This document shows positions 26,868-37,778 of a stretch of 64,000 nt of DNA, piece after piece (positions within the stretch are counted from its first letter, which is position 1; every line of letters begins with the position of its first letter). Source of the DNA: Mizuhopecten yessoensis (Eukaryota). The position numbers and the translations under genes are program-made. The stretch is taken from assembly GCF_002113885.1 (NCBI RefSeq), contig NW_018480060.1, positions 207,496-271,495 of the forward strand. The letters run 5' to 3'. Below the pieces are notes generated by a model that did not search any database, was not told the DNA's origin, and was given only the letters and a program-made list of their open reading frames with translations.

Positions 26868-27032
26868 CAATCACATATAATTTTCCATTAACAATGAATG
26901 AAAATGTAGCGTATCGTGGTACATTCATCCTGGCGTAATTCTTCCAGACGTTTCTCTCTACGTCATAGCTGAGCAGGCTATCGCTGGGGTTAGTATCGTC
27001 CGACATCCCACCGACCACATACACCAGATCAT
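26868..27032 (-). CDS. KLHDC8: KLHDC8-like exon (DDLVYVVGGMSDDTNP...RYATFSFIVNGKLYVI)
   Basis: 165 nt, AG/GT bounded, phase 1-1, kelch repeat. Confidence 0.92.
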
Positions 27033-27522
27033 CTGTAGATTCAAGATTTATACATATTATTCAGTCAATTTCACAAATGCAATGATCAGATTTATACATT
27101 TTTCGTTTTTTTCATTTTTTAATGATTGACTTTATGCACTTTCTTTAACCATTATACTGTAATCATTTGATTTATATATGTATGTTCCTGTAAGAATTAT
27201 CTCTGAAATGGATGTCTTAAAAGCTATCTTGTTTTGATGTACACATACATACATGTATATGCCCCAGACAACATTTTTCAAAAGTTAAGGTAAAAGGTCA
27301 AGGTCAAAGTATAGGTTAAAGTGACCTAATCATTGTACACTGCACTTTGAAATTTGCCATCCCAAGATGTACTTCCACACCAAATCTGGTCACACCAGGT
27401 AAAACAGTATAGAAGATATGCCCTGGACAAACTTTTCAGATAGACAGAACCAGTCAAACGTTTCAGAGGGACGGAACCAGTGGGGGATTGATAGTCGAGT
27501 TAACTATACAACTTTTCAATAC

Positions 27523-28135
27523 CTTTGATGACCAGTGATAATCCTAGGAGGGGATTCACAAGGGACTCCATTTTACTCCACTGTTTGCTTGCTATAGAAT
27601 ACACTTCTACAGCGTCGACTGCACTCTGTGATATGCCTACACCTCCTATGGCTATGATTTTGTCCTTTACCACTCCACAGGCTGGGGCAGCACGTTTCGT
27701 AGGCATATTGTTTAGAGCATTCCACTTTCTCTTTGCTGCATTGTAATGCTCACACGAGTCTAAAGGCTCCCCTTTCTCGTCACAACCCCCTATTATGTAA
27801 AGTTCGTTATTGTGCAGCACTGGAGTAGCAAACACTCGAGGATTCATCATCATTTTAAGTGTCTCCCATTTGTAGCTGCCACCTGTAGCCCCAACAGGTG
27901 TTGAAGCAATAATAGGTAATTTTACTCCATAAACTACTTCCTTCTTTCCTTTCTTTTTATGTTTAACTTTGTTCTTGGTTCCATTTTCTATTGGAGCTGC
28001 CTCTGCACCTCCTGTAGCAGCATCTCCTTCACTAGGTCCTGCCTTCACAGTCTCTTCCTTATCTAGGATTTTGTCCTCCTCCTCGGGGGTTTTGTTCTCC
28101 ACCGATTCACTCACCTTTGCATCTCCTTCCGACAT
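27523..28135 (-). CDS. KLHDC8: KLHDC8-like main 5' coding exon: charged N-terminal extension then kelch blades 1-2; whole protein ~424 aa
   Basis: ACCATG at 28133-28135, acceptor at 28147, donor at 27522. Five exons sum to 1275 nt in frame. Confidence 0.9.
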
Positions 28136-29010
28136 GGTGCTGTCACCTGTTTCATTGACAAAAGGTGAAAAAATATTTATTTGAAAGTAACAACAATAAC
28201 TGGTACATAGTTCTACAAGCAAAATCTTCCTTAATTCCAGTTACCAAGCTTCAAGGTAATTAATATGTGCTCATATGATAGGTAATTGGTGATTTTTTTT
28301 TATATAACTCACAGAAACATTGATATAATTGACATTAAAAGCTAGCTCACGCCCTCCCGACACACTGACAACTTTCAATGCTTAAATGTTATCCTTCTAA
28401 TATGGAAGCATCCTTGAAAAACAATTGCTGGAGCCCAAATCTGCAACCCTAGGATGCTCATCTCTTGAAACATAATGCACTGTATGAATTGGTAACATTC
28501 CTTCGATAGTTTGGTACTTACAAGATATTCAATTTGATACAGAAAATGCAACAATTAAATAATGTTGATATAAAAAATGCAACAATTAAATAACTTGGCA
28601 TTCAACCAAGTTAACAGGAATTGCGTCATTCGTTTCATTGACTCACCTGTCTGTAAATCATAGCTAGGACATCAATGGAAAGCCTCAAGGCTTATAGTAA
28701 TGTTTCAATATAAGTATTTCATATTGATATTGATAAAGTGTGCTCTCCAAAGTTACTACCAATTGTCTGGACATCTGATCCGTCGCATACCATACTGACA
28801 AGACATATTTAAATGATTGATAATATTTGAGGAGGTCCATTCAATGAGCATACAGCTTCTCCTTGAAGCTGATTAGCCAATCTAATCCAGCTTCTGATGC
28901 AGGAGGTTTACCATTCAAGCATCCAGAGCTGGCTGGACTTACCAGCTTGTAGCTATAGGCCAAAATTTAGCCCATTATTTTAAAAAAAAACGCAGTTATT
29001 TTGGTCTTAC

Positions 29011-29026
29011 CAGCTTGGTGCTCCAT
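29011..29026 (-). CDS. Possible upstream mini coding exon (MEHQA-G) of KLHDC8
   Basis: ATGGAGCACCAAGCTG|GTAAGA joins in frame to the acceptor at 28146; other donors nearby (28647, 28943, 29627) are also plausible. Confidence 0.35.
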
Positions 29027-29210
29027 TTGGTTTTTTTTCATGTGCTGAAGATAATTTTGCTGCGATAACGTAGCTATTGACGACGAGAGATTTTTTTTAT
29101 ATATCGCATCCGGGGCAGAGGAGGCCATGTATTAATATTAGTACTAAAGACAATTGTGACCACTTGTGAAACATGTGTTTATATTTGTCACATATACGGT
29201 CGGATTACTG

Positions 29211-29271
29211 GTACTAGCCTCGTCTGTCAATACACCTACAGTATAGGTTTATTTACAGACCAGCCTAGTAC
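29211..29271. mobile_element. ~60-bp palindromic mini-element
   Basis: GTACTAGCCTCGTCTGTCAATACACCTA...TAGGTTTATTTACAGACCAGCCTAGTAC imperfect hairpin. Confidence 0.5.
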
Positions 29272-30858
29272 CTGTGGTCAAGCAACACCTGTGCTAATTA
29301 GGGACAACAAGTAACACTCCGACAACTTGTATCTTTCTCAAACATGTATTTTGTTACAATTGATTTGAGAACATAATCTGATTGCCACGGAATTAGGTCA
29401 CCGATAACGAGATATCTTAAATTAATAAGAAGCAATTTCGTCCACATGCATTTCGTACTAACGAAATGCAATCTTACGAAATGTCTATTTCTGGGAGTTG
29501 CTTCACATGGCGACCACATTGACCATGGCCATGGGTTATGCTTACAGTGAAAGATCATTCAGGAAGAGTATTCTGCTACTGTAACCGCTTTGCAATACCT
29601 ACGACTGACAAAAATTGAACTCTTACCGATCTGTCATATATATGACCAAAGGATAGAAGGCGTCGGTTGCTTAGATGTTGACAAGCACCGCTTCCTATTA
29701 AATGAAAGGGCGCCCCCTTGGAAAATGAAAGACAATTCGTCACAAAAGATGTGTGTATTGCTTTAAGTCATCATGTGAGTAATAAGTGAAATTCAAACTT
29801 GGTTTTGTGATAAACTATGTTATTTCATAGATTTTGTCTGCAAATATTTGCCATACTATCTGTGACAATTGAAACATAGATTAGGGAAACACTTGGTAAA
29901 CAATATTTTGGGCCGAATCTGTAGCAAAGGACGGCAACTCTATAGGCAATGCTTTTAAAGGTATCGCACCACAATTGATGTCGTGATAGCGGTTTATAGC
30001 GTTTAATCCTCTGTGTTCTAATAGGGACGTGTTCAACTGTCGGCGCCAGCAGCGTCGGGGGGTATGATAATCGTATACAGTGACGTTCCATACGCCTTTC
30101 ACCGTTACATCATTTTCTTACTATATATATGTTCTTTTTTTTGTTATTACAATACATTTTACTGACTTCGTTTTTTGTCCAACTTTGAAAGTTTTTGCAG
30201 TGCTTTCATAAGTTACTTTTTACAGCATTCCCATAGACACAATGAGAAATTTTGCCGTAAAACTATTTTGATCAATTAACTATTATGTTTAAATTCTAAC
30301 TGAGAAACGAGTCAGTAATGAATACATATTACAGACAGGAGGGCTGGATACTTTTATAGTTGTATGCCAAGTTTCATCACATGGGACGAAAATAAAGTTT
30401 AAAAAAATCTACTCAAAAGAAAATTAACAAACACCTTATATTAACATTTCCACTGCAAGTTCCTCGATAAGTATTACCAGGAGAACTTGCGTCAAGTCAC
30501 AGGGCTATGATTAACGCAATTGGATCAGCGTCACTCTGCAGCTTCTTCTCCCGCCTCGAATAACATGAGACAACCTGTAGAAGCAAACATTTTGATGACA
30601 TTAGGCTGTTCCAGGAATCTCGTTTGCACTGACGACACGAGAAGATACAAGAATTTTATTTATAGTCGTATATATGAAAACAGAAACATTAGCTCTGAAG
30701 AGCTATTATTACGACAAAGCATAAGAAAAAATATCATAGCAAAGTAACAAAGATATAAAACAACTATTGCTAAGTATGAGAGAATTGATTAAACATATTA
30801 ATTAAAAGTACGTAGATAAGAGCAAGCACAAATCTCATGCGAAAATGTTGGGTGACTA

Positions 30859-30976
30859 TAATCCGAATTATTCTGACGTTTTATCGACTTTTTTCATATC
30901 GGTCTGTCGTCGACTAACCACGTTAACCGACGACAGACCGAAAAAAGTCGATAAAACGTCAGAATAATTCGGACTA
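30859..30976. mobile_element. Complete palindromic MITE (TA(A/G)TCCGAATTATTCTGACG...CGTCAGAATAATTCGGACTA) with GTGACTA target duplication
   Basis: Long inverted arms; GTGACTA at 30852-30858 and 30977-30983. Confidence 0.88.
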
Positions 30977-31017
30977 GTGACTAAAAGCACATGGCTATAT
31001 ATATATATATATATCTA

Positions 31018-31058
31018 TCCGCCTGAAGAAGCCCTAGAAGGCAGAAAGGCCTAGCGGA
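31018..31058 (+). ncRNA. Minimal type I hammerhead ribozyme motif of the Penelope-like-element kind
   Basis: TCCGC-CTGAAGA-AGCC(CTAGAA)GGCA-GAAA-GGCC-TA-GCGGA: stem I, catalytic core, stem II, palindromic stem III and CUA cleavage triplet. Confidence 0.72.
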
Positions 31059-31079
31059 CGATCTGAAAAAATTGTTTTT

Positions 31080-31110
<31 letters not shown>

Positions 31111-32004
31111 GATAATATAGCAAAGTGTAAAAAATGACCGAATAAGCACTAATATAGTACCATCTAAAATACATACAGAGTGTATGGAGCATGGTAAAGG
31201 TATAGTAAAAATAAAGTTAAGAGGATAATTAAAACATAAGATGACGATAAGGCATTTCTAGTTGTTATACAGCAAGTAAGCACTACATAGCGAATTATAT
31301 AACAAACACATTATGTAACAAATTAAGCACTACACGCAAATTATATAAACAAACAAAAACACTAGCAGCTTGCCATCACATTAACAAATAGCACTACACA
31401 CAAGTAACATAGCGACAGAGCACAGCAAGCAAAGCACATGTCTTCAAAGCATTTCCAGCAAACTACACACAAGTAACATAGCGACAGAGCACAGCAAGCA
31501 ATCACATGTCCTCAAAGCATTACCAGCAAACTACACAACAAGAAAACGCACTAAAAGGTAATATAACTGGCAAGTAATGTCAGCAAAGCATATGACATGC
31601 AAATCATCTCAAGCACGCTACACAACAAGCAAGCACCATAGCGAAATTATAAAACAACTTGTAGTTTGACATAAACACATCAATATCGAAAATATAGGTG
31701 AATATCTGTATTTAGGTAAATAATAACTTAAAATTTAGAATGTAAATATAAGGATTGAACGGCATTTTCTCTGTGTGTAGAGAACGTAAGTGAGTGTAAC
31801 CCTTGGAGTATCGAGGCTCGGGAAACATGATTATCTCGGGGAAACGACTCTTCAGGTCTCCCTCGCACCAGGGCAATAAGTATATGACGTGGATGGAACC
31901 GAAGGGGTGTAAAATCAACGAAGAATGGTACCACAATTTAACAGTTCCTATCGGTATACATTTTACAGCATGAGATAGTTAAATAGGCGGGGTATATGTA
32001 CCAT

Positions 32005-32352
32005 TAGCCTCGTGCGAGCTTGTGACATGCCGCCTCGTGTGAGCGTATCATGACGTGCGAGCTTGTGACATGACGTGCGAGCTTGTGACATGCCGCCTCC
32101 TGCGAGCGTACATGCTTGCTTGTGACATGCCGCCTCGCCCGAGAGTACGTGCTTGCTTGTGACATGCCGCCTCGCCCGAGCGTACGTGTGAGCTTGTGAC
32201 ATGCCGCCTCGTGCGAGCGTACGTGTGAGCTTGTGACATCCCGCCTCGTGCGAGCGTTCGTGCGAGCTTGTGACGTGCCGCCTCGTCCGAGCGTACGTGC
32301 GAGCTTGTGACATGCCGCCTCGTGCGAGCGTACGTGCGAGCTTGTGACATGC
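32005..32352. repeat. GC/CpG-rich 37-bp tandem repeat (CTTGTGACATGCCGCCTCGTGCGAGCGTACGTGCGAG), ~9 units, at the head of a HINE-like remnant
   Basis: Direct periodicity; followed by CATCAAACTTTG...GGTCACTGTGAC core sequence. Confidence 0.85.
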
Positions 32353-32530
32353 TGGGTGTGGTTTCCAGACCTGGATCATCCACTGCTTCTTGGATGGGCA
32401 TCAAACTTTGTATGCTATTGGTACATCATCGGAAGGCGGTGTGTTGCATCCTAAAACGAGGTCACTGTGACTTGAATTTGATCTTAACCTCAATTCCTAA
32501 AAACATGGTTTTCGGAGCATATCTCAGGTG

Positions 32531-32652
32531 TAGTCCGAATTATTCTGACGTTTTATCGACTTTTTTTTTTAAATATCGGTCTGTCGTCGATTAACTATAA
32601 TCGACGATAAATCGACGACAGACCGATATAAAAAAAGTCGAGAAAACGTCAG
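32531..32652. mobile_element. Palindromic MITE of the TAGTCCGAATT family, right end truncated
   Basis: Near-identical to 30859-30976. Confidence 0.8.
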
Positions 32653-33730
32653 GGGTGGCGGTATAAGAGTATTAGCAAAACGCTGATATCAGAATATTGC
32701 CGAGCGCTGATATAAGAGGGTTGCCGAGCAGCGTTTTTTATTTCCTGTGTTACACATCTGCAACATACGTGGATTTACAAACAGTATATAATACAAAAAA
32801 TATATGGTTCCACCGGAATGTATATCGGTATACATATTTCATATTCTGAGTCTCTTTATAAATATCGAGCAGACTTTTATCAATTATCTTTTTGAATAAC
32901 CTTTCTGTGACGTTAATGAAATCAAATATATTTAAATACACGTGAGGGTTTTACCAGTCTTATCGCATAGCAGAGCTTTTTAGGGCACTTATCTCAAAAC
33001 GTCTCGTAGAATGAAGCCAACATTTTTTCACGAAGGTTGTGAAGATATGTAGATCAGATCGCCTACTTGGATCCGGCCATGACCGATGGCAGGCAGTGGT
33101 TATCCAAGGTTTAAAAAAAAAAAAAATCTTTGATAATTTACTTTGCGTAGTTTCACTCTTATCTAGGCCCCCTAAACCAGAATTATTTTACTCAATCATA
33201 TCTCATTATTTTTTAAGTATTTAAATGTGTGCCTTCCTAAAGGCTCTCGTGATATTTCAAAAGAAATTTAATGAAATTAATCTATTACCTATGTCAATTA
33301 CATCACGTGTGTCAATTCTGTGGTTTTATTAGGAATGTAGTTTCTTATGTGATATATCAAAAGGTGAAAATATACTTTGTATGCATATATATTATGTATG
33401 TAGCTTTTACCTGAATGTACGTAATAATGCATAAATCATACAACGACATCAACTGGAGACTGTTTGTAAGTTATTGCTTTAAATTATACTATAAAGCTAC
33501 ATTTATCCACCCCATTCATATATGCTTTCGATATTGTACGGTAAAGACCTAAGAAAGGTTTGTAGAACTACACAGAGAGCTATTTGTTTATTTCGGGGAT
33601 CTTTAGTTAAATTAAACACATAATATGGGACATATATTCGTAAATTTTAATATGAATTGTAAAATACAAACAATAAAGGGCGGTATGTTTAAGATATGTT
33701 CAACTTTTACAAAAATAAGTGCAGTTCATT

Positions 33731-34080
33731 TAAAAAAATACTGTGTATGAATTATCTCCCCTGAAACCCGCATTGGTTCCAGTGGGTGATCTCGGAACCG
33801 GGCCTGGCAGATTTCAGACGAGAAGGAAAGCGACTGGTGGAGTCATGACCGGCTAAACCAACAACGAATCCGTTCGACACTCCGGCCGTGGTAAGTATCA
33901 GTCGGAACGGATACTGATAGCCCTTAGACAACTTCCTGACAGAAGTAGAGTTTTGCGTGCCCCGCCCACAGGTTGTTGATGGTCCGTCAGACACGCTCCT
34001 GACCTGTCTGACCCGGCCCCTCCGGCCCGAATGACGTCACTTCGATCCGTGGACACCACGGATACATACGAATCTTTGAT
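33731..34080 (-). ncRNA. Candidate ~345-nt structured non-coding RNA, family unassigned
   Basis: GC-rich island with at least 7 hairpins; G-U pairs favour the minus strand; upstream TATA and octamer; first T-run is the T7 at 33731-33737. Confidence 0.4.
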
Positions 34081-35756
34081 GGAATTTCTCCACACTGACC
34101 CCTGCTATTATAAATTGTACTTCAAAAGATTTTTTCGAAAGTTTAAAAGTTTAAATTTCAATCGTCCGTTCCAATTTGCATAACTCGTTCCGCATGTCAG
34201 CATGCTGAGATCTGCTGATACCGTGTTTACCACTAGGCTAGGCCTGTGTAGGTGGTCACACTAGGCTGTCATAATATGTTTAGCCCACTTGTGCATACCT
34301 GACAACTTCTGAAGGTCCCATATTTGGTCATGACCAGGCGATATTCACTGTAATATTTGGTCATAATCAATGCATTGAACAACATTTAAAGGTGTCCTGA
34401 ACAGCACGAAATATTTATGTTACAGAATCAGACTATTTATATGTAAGTAAAAATATTAATCATTGGTGATATTATGATTCTAATATAGTAAATGTGACTT
34501 AACATCGTGAGAATTAATGCCAATTTTATGTAAAAATATCACAATATCCATTTTAATTTTTTATTTATGTCTGCAATCAGCATGGTCGTTAGGCTGCCGC
34601 TCCTGTAAAGACAATGACCAGATCGCCTGATTATTAGTTGATCATAAGCTAGCATAGAAAAGTCACAGAGAAACAATTGTTTGATCATGAAATTTCAACT
34701 GATCCCCAACCCTAAAAGTAATCTTATTACCTTTGATATGCTTAAAATAATAGGTGTAACATGTGATCAGTCAAATGTAGGACAGGATTAGATAGTTTTC
34801 TGTTGTCTGGATGTGTACCGTCAATACAGCTACAACATTACCTTTAAATATTTCCTTAATGGAATATGTCGTATAAATAAAATGGTATTGTTTTTTCCAA
34901 ACTAGCTACTTATTATGGTCCTAACTTATTTTAAAGTCTGAAACTGGTTTTGTTATTATCAGCAGTTATAACTTTCAGTCCTTGATACAGGCAAAATAAC
35001 CATAACTCTATACAATGTATATATCTTTTTAATAGTGAATGAACCTGTTTTTTTTCAAAATATATACAGTGAAAAATAAACATGCAGATCTAGACTTGCT
35101 ATATTTGAATCAAGCTTAAAAAAAATGAAAGAAATTTATTCACAGAAAATGTCAAAGCACAAAAATGAAAAATACATTATGAGCATTAAAATGTCAGAGC
35201 AGACAACAGAATGTACCACTGAGGGGGTTTACAGATACAGTGTAGTGTCGAGTATAGAAAATACCAGTCAAACTGAATCATAAAATGTACATAACATTGA
35301 GAATGTACACAGCATAAATACAAGTAATCCTGTAGGATTAACTTCACACTTGCATATCATGCATACTTGTATATAAATATGTATACCCCTTAGTTTATGT
35401 ATAAATATGGAGATATGTATCCATAGTTTATATATAAATATACATAGGGAGTTATTTACCCCTATTTTATGTATAAATAGGCAGATGTGTGTCCATAGTT
35501 AAAATATATAGATAAATATGGAGATATGTGCTGCAACTATACTAGTTTTGGGATCTAGCTGTGTACTCGTACAGATACAGATGTGTCGCTAGTTTTTATA
35601 TATAAATAGGGAGTTATATATCCACACTTGATATCAATATGAATAAGGAGTTATAGTACCCCTAATGTATGTACAAGTTTAAATAGGGAGTTGTATACCT
35701 GGGTTATGCATAATTCCAGGTATATGTATTAGAACTGGTCTGGGTAGATCACCGGT

Positions 35757-35850
35757 GGAGAGGTAGCTCAAATGGTTAGAGTGTTGGTCCTGAGTTGGGA
35801 GACCTGGGTTCGAATCACGGTCTGGCCGTGCATTTTCATCACCTGTTGCA
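35757..35850 (+). mobile_element. tRNA-derived SINE head (decayed); similar remnants at ~36555-36650 and ~36775-36870
   Basis: A-box-like GTAGCTCAAATGG and B-box GGTTCGAATC; no intact cloverleaf. Confidence 0.6.
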
Positions 35851-36321
35851 TATAAATGGAGTTTTATATACCCTTACTTAATGTACGAGTATAAAAAGGG
35901 TTTTATGTACCACTAGTTTATGTATAAATAAGGAGTTATATACCTCTTGTTCATGCAATAGTTTTATACGAGTCTGTGAGTCACATATTTTCAGGCAGGA
36001 TTATCCCCTCAGCACACTGTGCATGTATTATATACAATCTTACAAGCACAGTCACCACATACATGTTAGCTGTACATGTATAAGGTATGTACAGAGGCTG
36101 ATGAATGGTGTAGGTGACCAGACTAAGGTTAGCTTTGTTTACCTAGTGGCTGTGACCCTAGGCACTATGGTTGTCCAGGGGATGAGGGTGCAGCCAGTTG
36201 GTATGACATCATCAGACATTGATACAGGGCTGATGTAGATGTCTGCGGGCACCTTGTCGGTCCAGAACAGTCTGTCACGTCTTAGGTGTAGGATCTACAG
36301 CTTCTAACTTTAAAACCAAAC

Positions 36322-36365
36322 ATGGATTCTCCTGCTGAAAAAGACTCCAATTCAACAGACTCGTC
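36322..36365 (+). CDS. KLHL-family gene, first coding exon (MDSPAEKDSNSTDS-S)
   Basis: AAACATGG start and TC|GTAAGT donor; phase 2 matches the acceptor at 43535. Confidence 0.72.
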
Positions 36366-37778
36366 GTAAGTAATATGCATGGATCGAAACAAATAACACT
36401 TCATCATTTACTGTAGTATCCAGCTAGTAATTATACATATAATGGTCTTAGGTCATTCTTTTCAAATTACTCGTAAATGGAATTAAATTTAATGCATATT
36501 AAATCTTACAATGCATTTTATAACTGAGGTGTAGCATAGCTGGCACTGACAAGGTACCTCAGTTGATTAGAACATCTGTCAAGAGTTGGAGAGCCCGGGT
36601 TTGAATCTCGGTCCAGCTTGGGCTTTGTTTTTTTTTGTTCTCCTGTAACTCAAGTAACGGTAAGTGGATAACCAAACCTGGGTTGTATGTAAATCTTATC
36701 TATGGAGGGTGAAGACTTAGAAAAAGGAGGAATAAGTGTAGCAAACTGGGCCGGTTTAATTCTGGTGACCTGGAATTAGTTCCAATGACTAGAACATCCA
36801 TCTTTAATTTGGAGGTCCAGGGTTCCAATCCTAGTCTGACCCTGTTGTATTTCCTTCTTCTATTGCAAGTATAATAGCATGGTTATTGATACAGAACACT
36901 GTGAAACTACTAACCACACTTTACAGTATTACATATGGTGTTAACTATGAGTTATATATAATAGGTCAATTGTACATAAATGTATATCATTCAATGCACT
37001 ATGATGCCTGTTTATTGTACATAGTGTATTATCATTGTTTACGGTATATTTAACATGTATACTACTCATTTTGTACAAAGTCCTAATTACGGCCACAAGA
37101 GTATTTTGTATAAATGAGAAAATGTTCTAATGGATAGGATCTCATAGCAAAAGTTTGCACTGAAAACTAAAAATGAAAAGTTACTAAATAAATCCTGGAA
37201 ATTAACAATATCTTCATCATTGATATAAAGGACAGTGAGATTGAAAGACCTAGACAGGTTGAGAGTAGCACAATTAAAACTGGCCAAATATATATCCTAT
37301 AACAGCAATGTATTTTATTAAAAAACAACAACAATATGCCAGTTTGCTACTGACAAGCAGAATAAGGTAATAAAAGCGTTAAGATTTGGTGGTCTTAGGT
37401 ATATGACATCTATGTCAGGTTTCTTGAAACTACCAATGATAACCAGACACCTCTAACATGCTTAAACCTGAAATATAATCTGGTCATTTCACTAAGAATA
37501 TTTATTACATATGACTCGGTTTATTTTATATGAAGCATTTTGTCCTTTCAATCCAGCCAAGTCTGTCAGGACAAAATGTGACGGTATACAATAGGGATAC
37601 ATACCAGAGAACGACATATAGCTACAGTACAATACATCACACACAAATTGCTCAATTGACCATTTTAAAAGGATAACCTGACATTTAAGTAGGATTGATA
37701 ATGCGCTGTTATATACCATTTTAAATGCCCCTGATAAAATTCCTGTTGAAGCTATTGTGTGTTTTGTTAGATCATAGT

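Noticed and set aside
31963-32404. Arg/Ala/His-rich ORFs
   Set aside because: Products of the 37-bp tandem repeat.
33731-34100. Assignment as telomerase RNA, RNase P/MRP, 7SK, SRP, U1, or an HDV/twister ribozyme
   Set aside because: No CUAACCCU template, no correctly ordered P4 CR-I/CR-V, no clear 7SK GAUC stem, no Alu domain and no complete ribozyme core found by eye; left unassigned.
35757-35830. Functional tRNA gene
   Set aside because: A and B boxes are present but the acceptor and anticodon stems do not pair well; a SINE head fits better.
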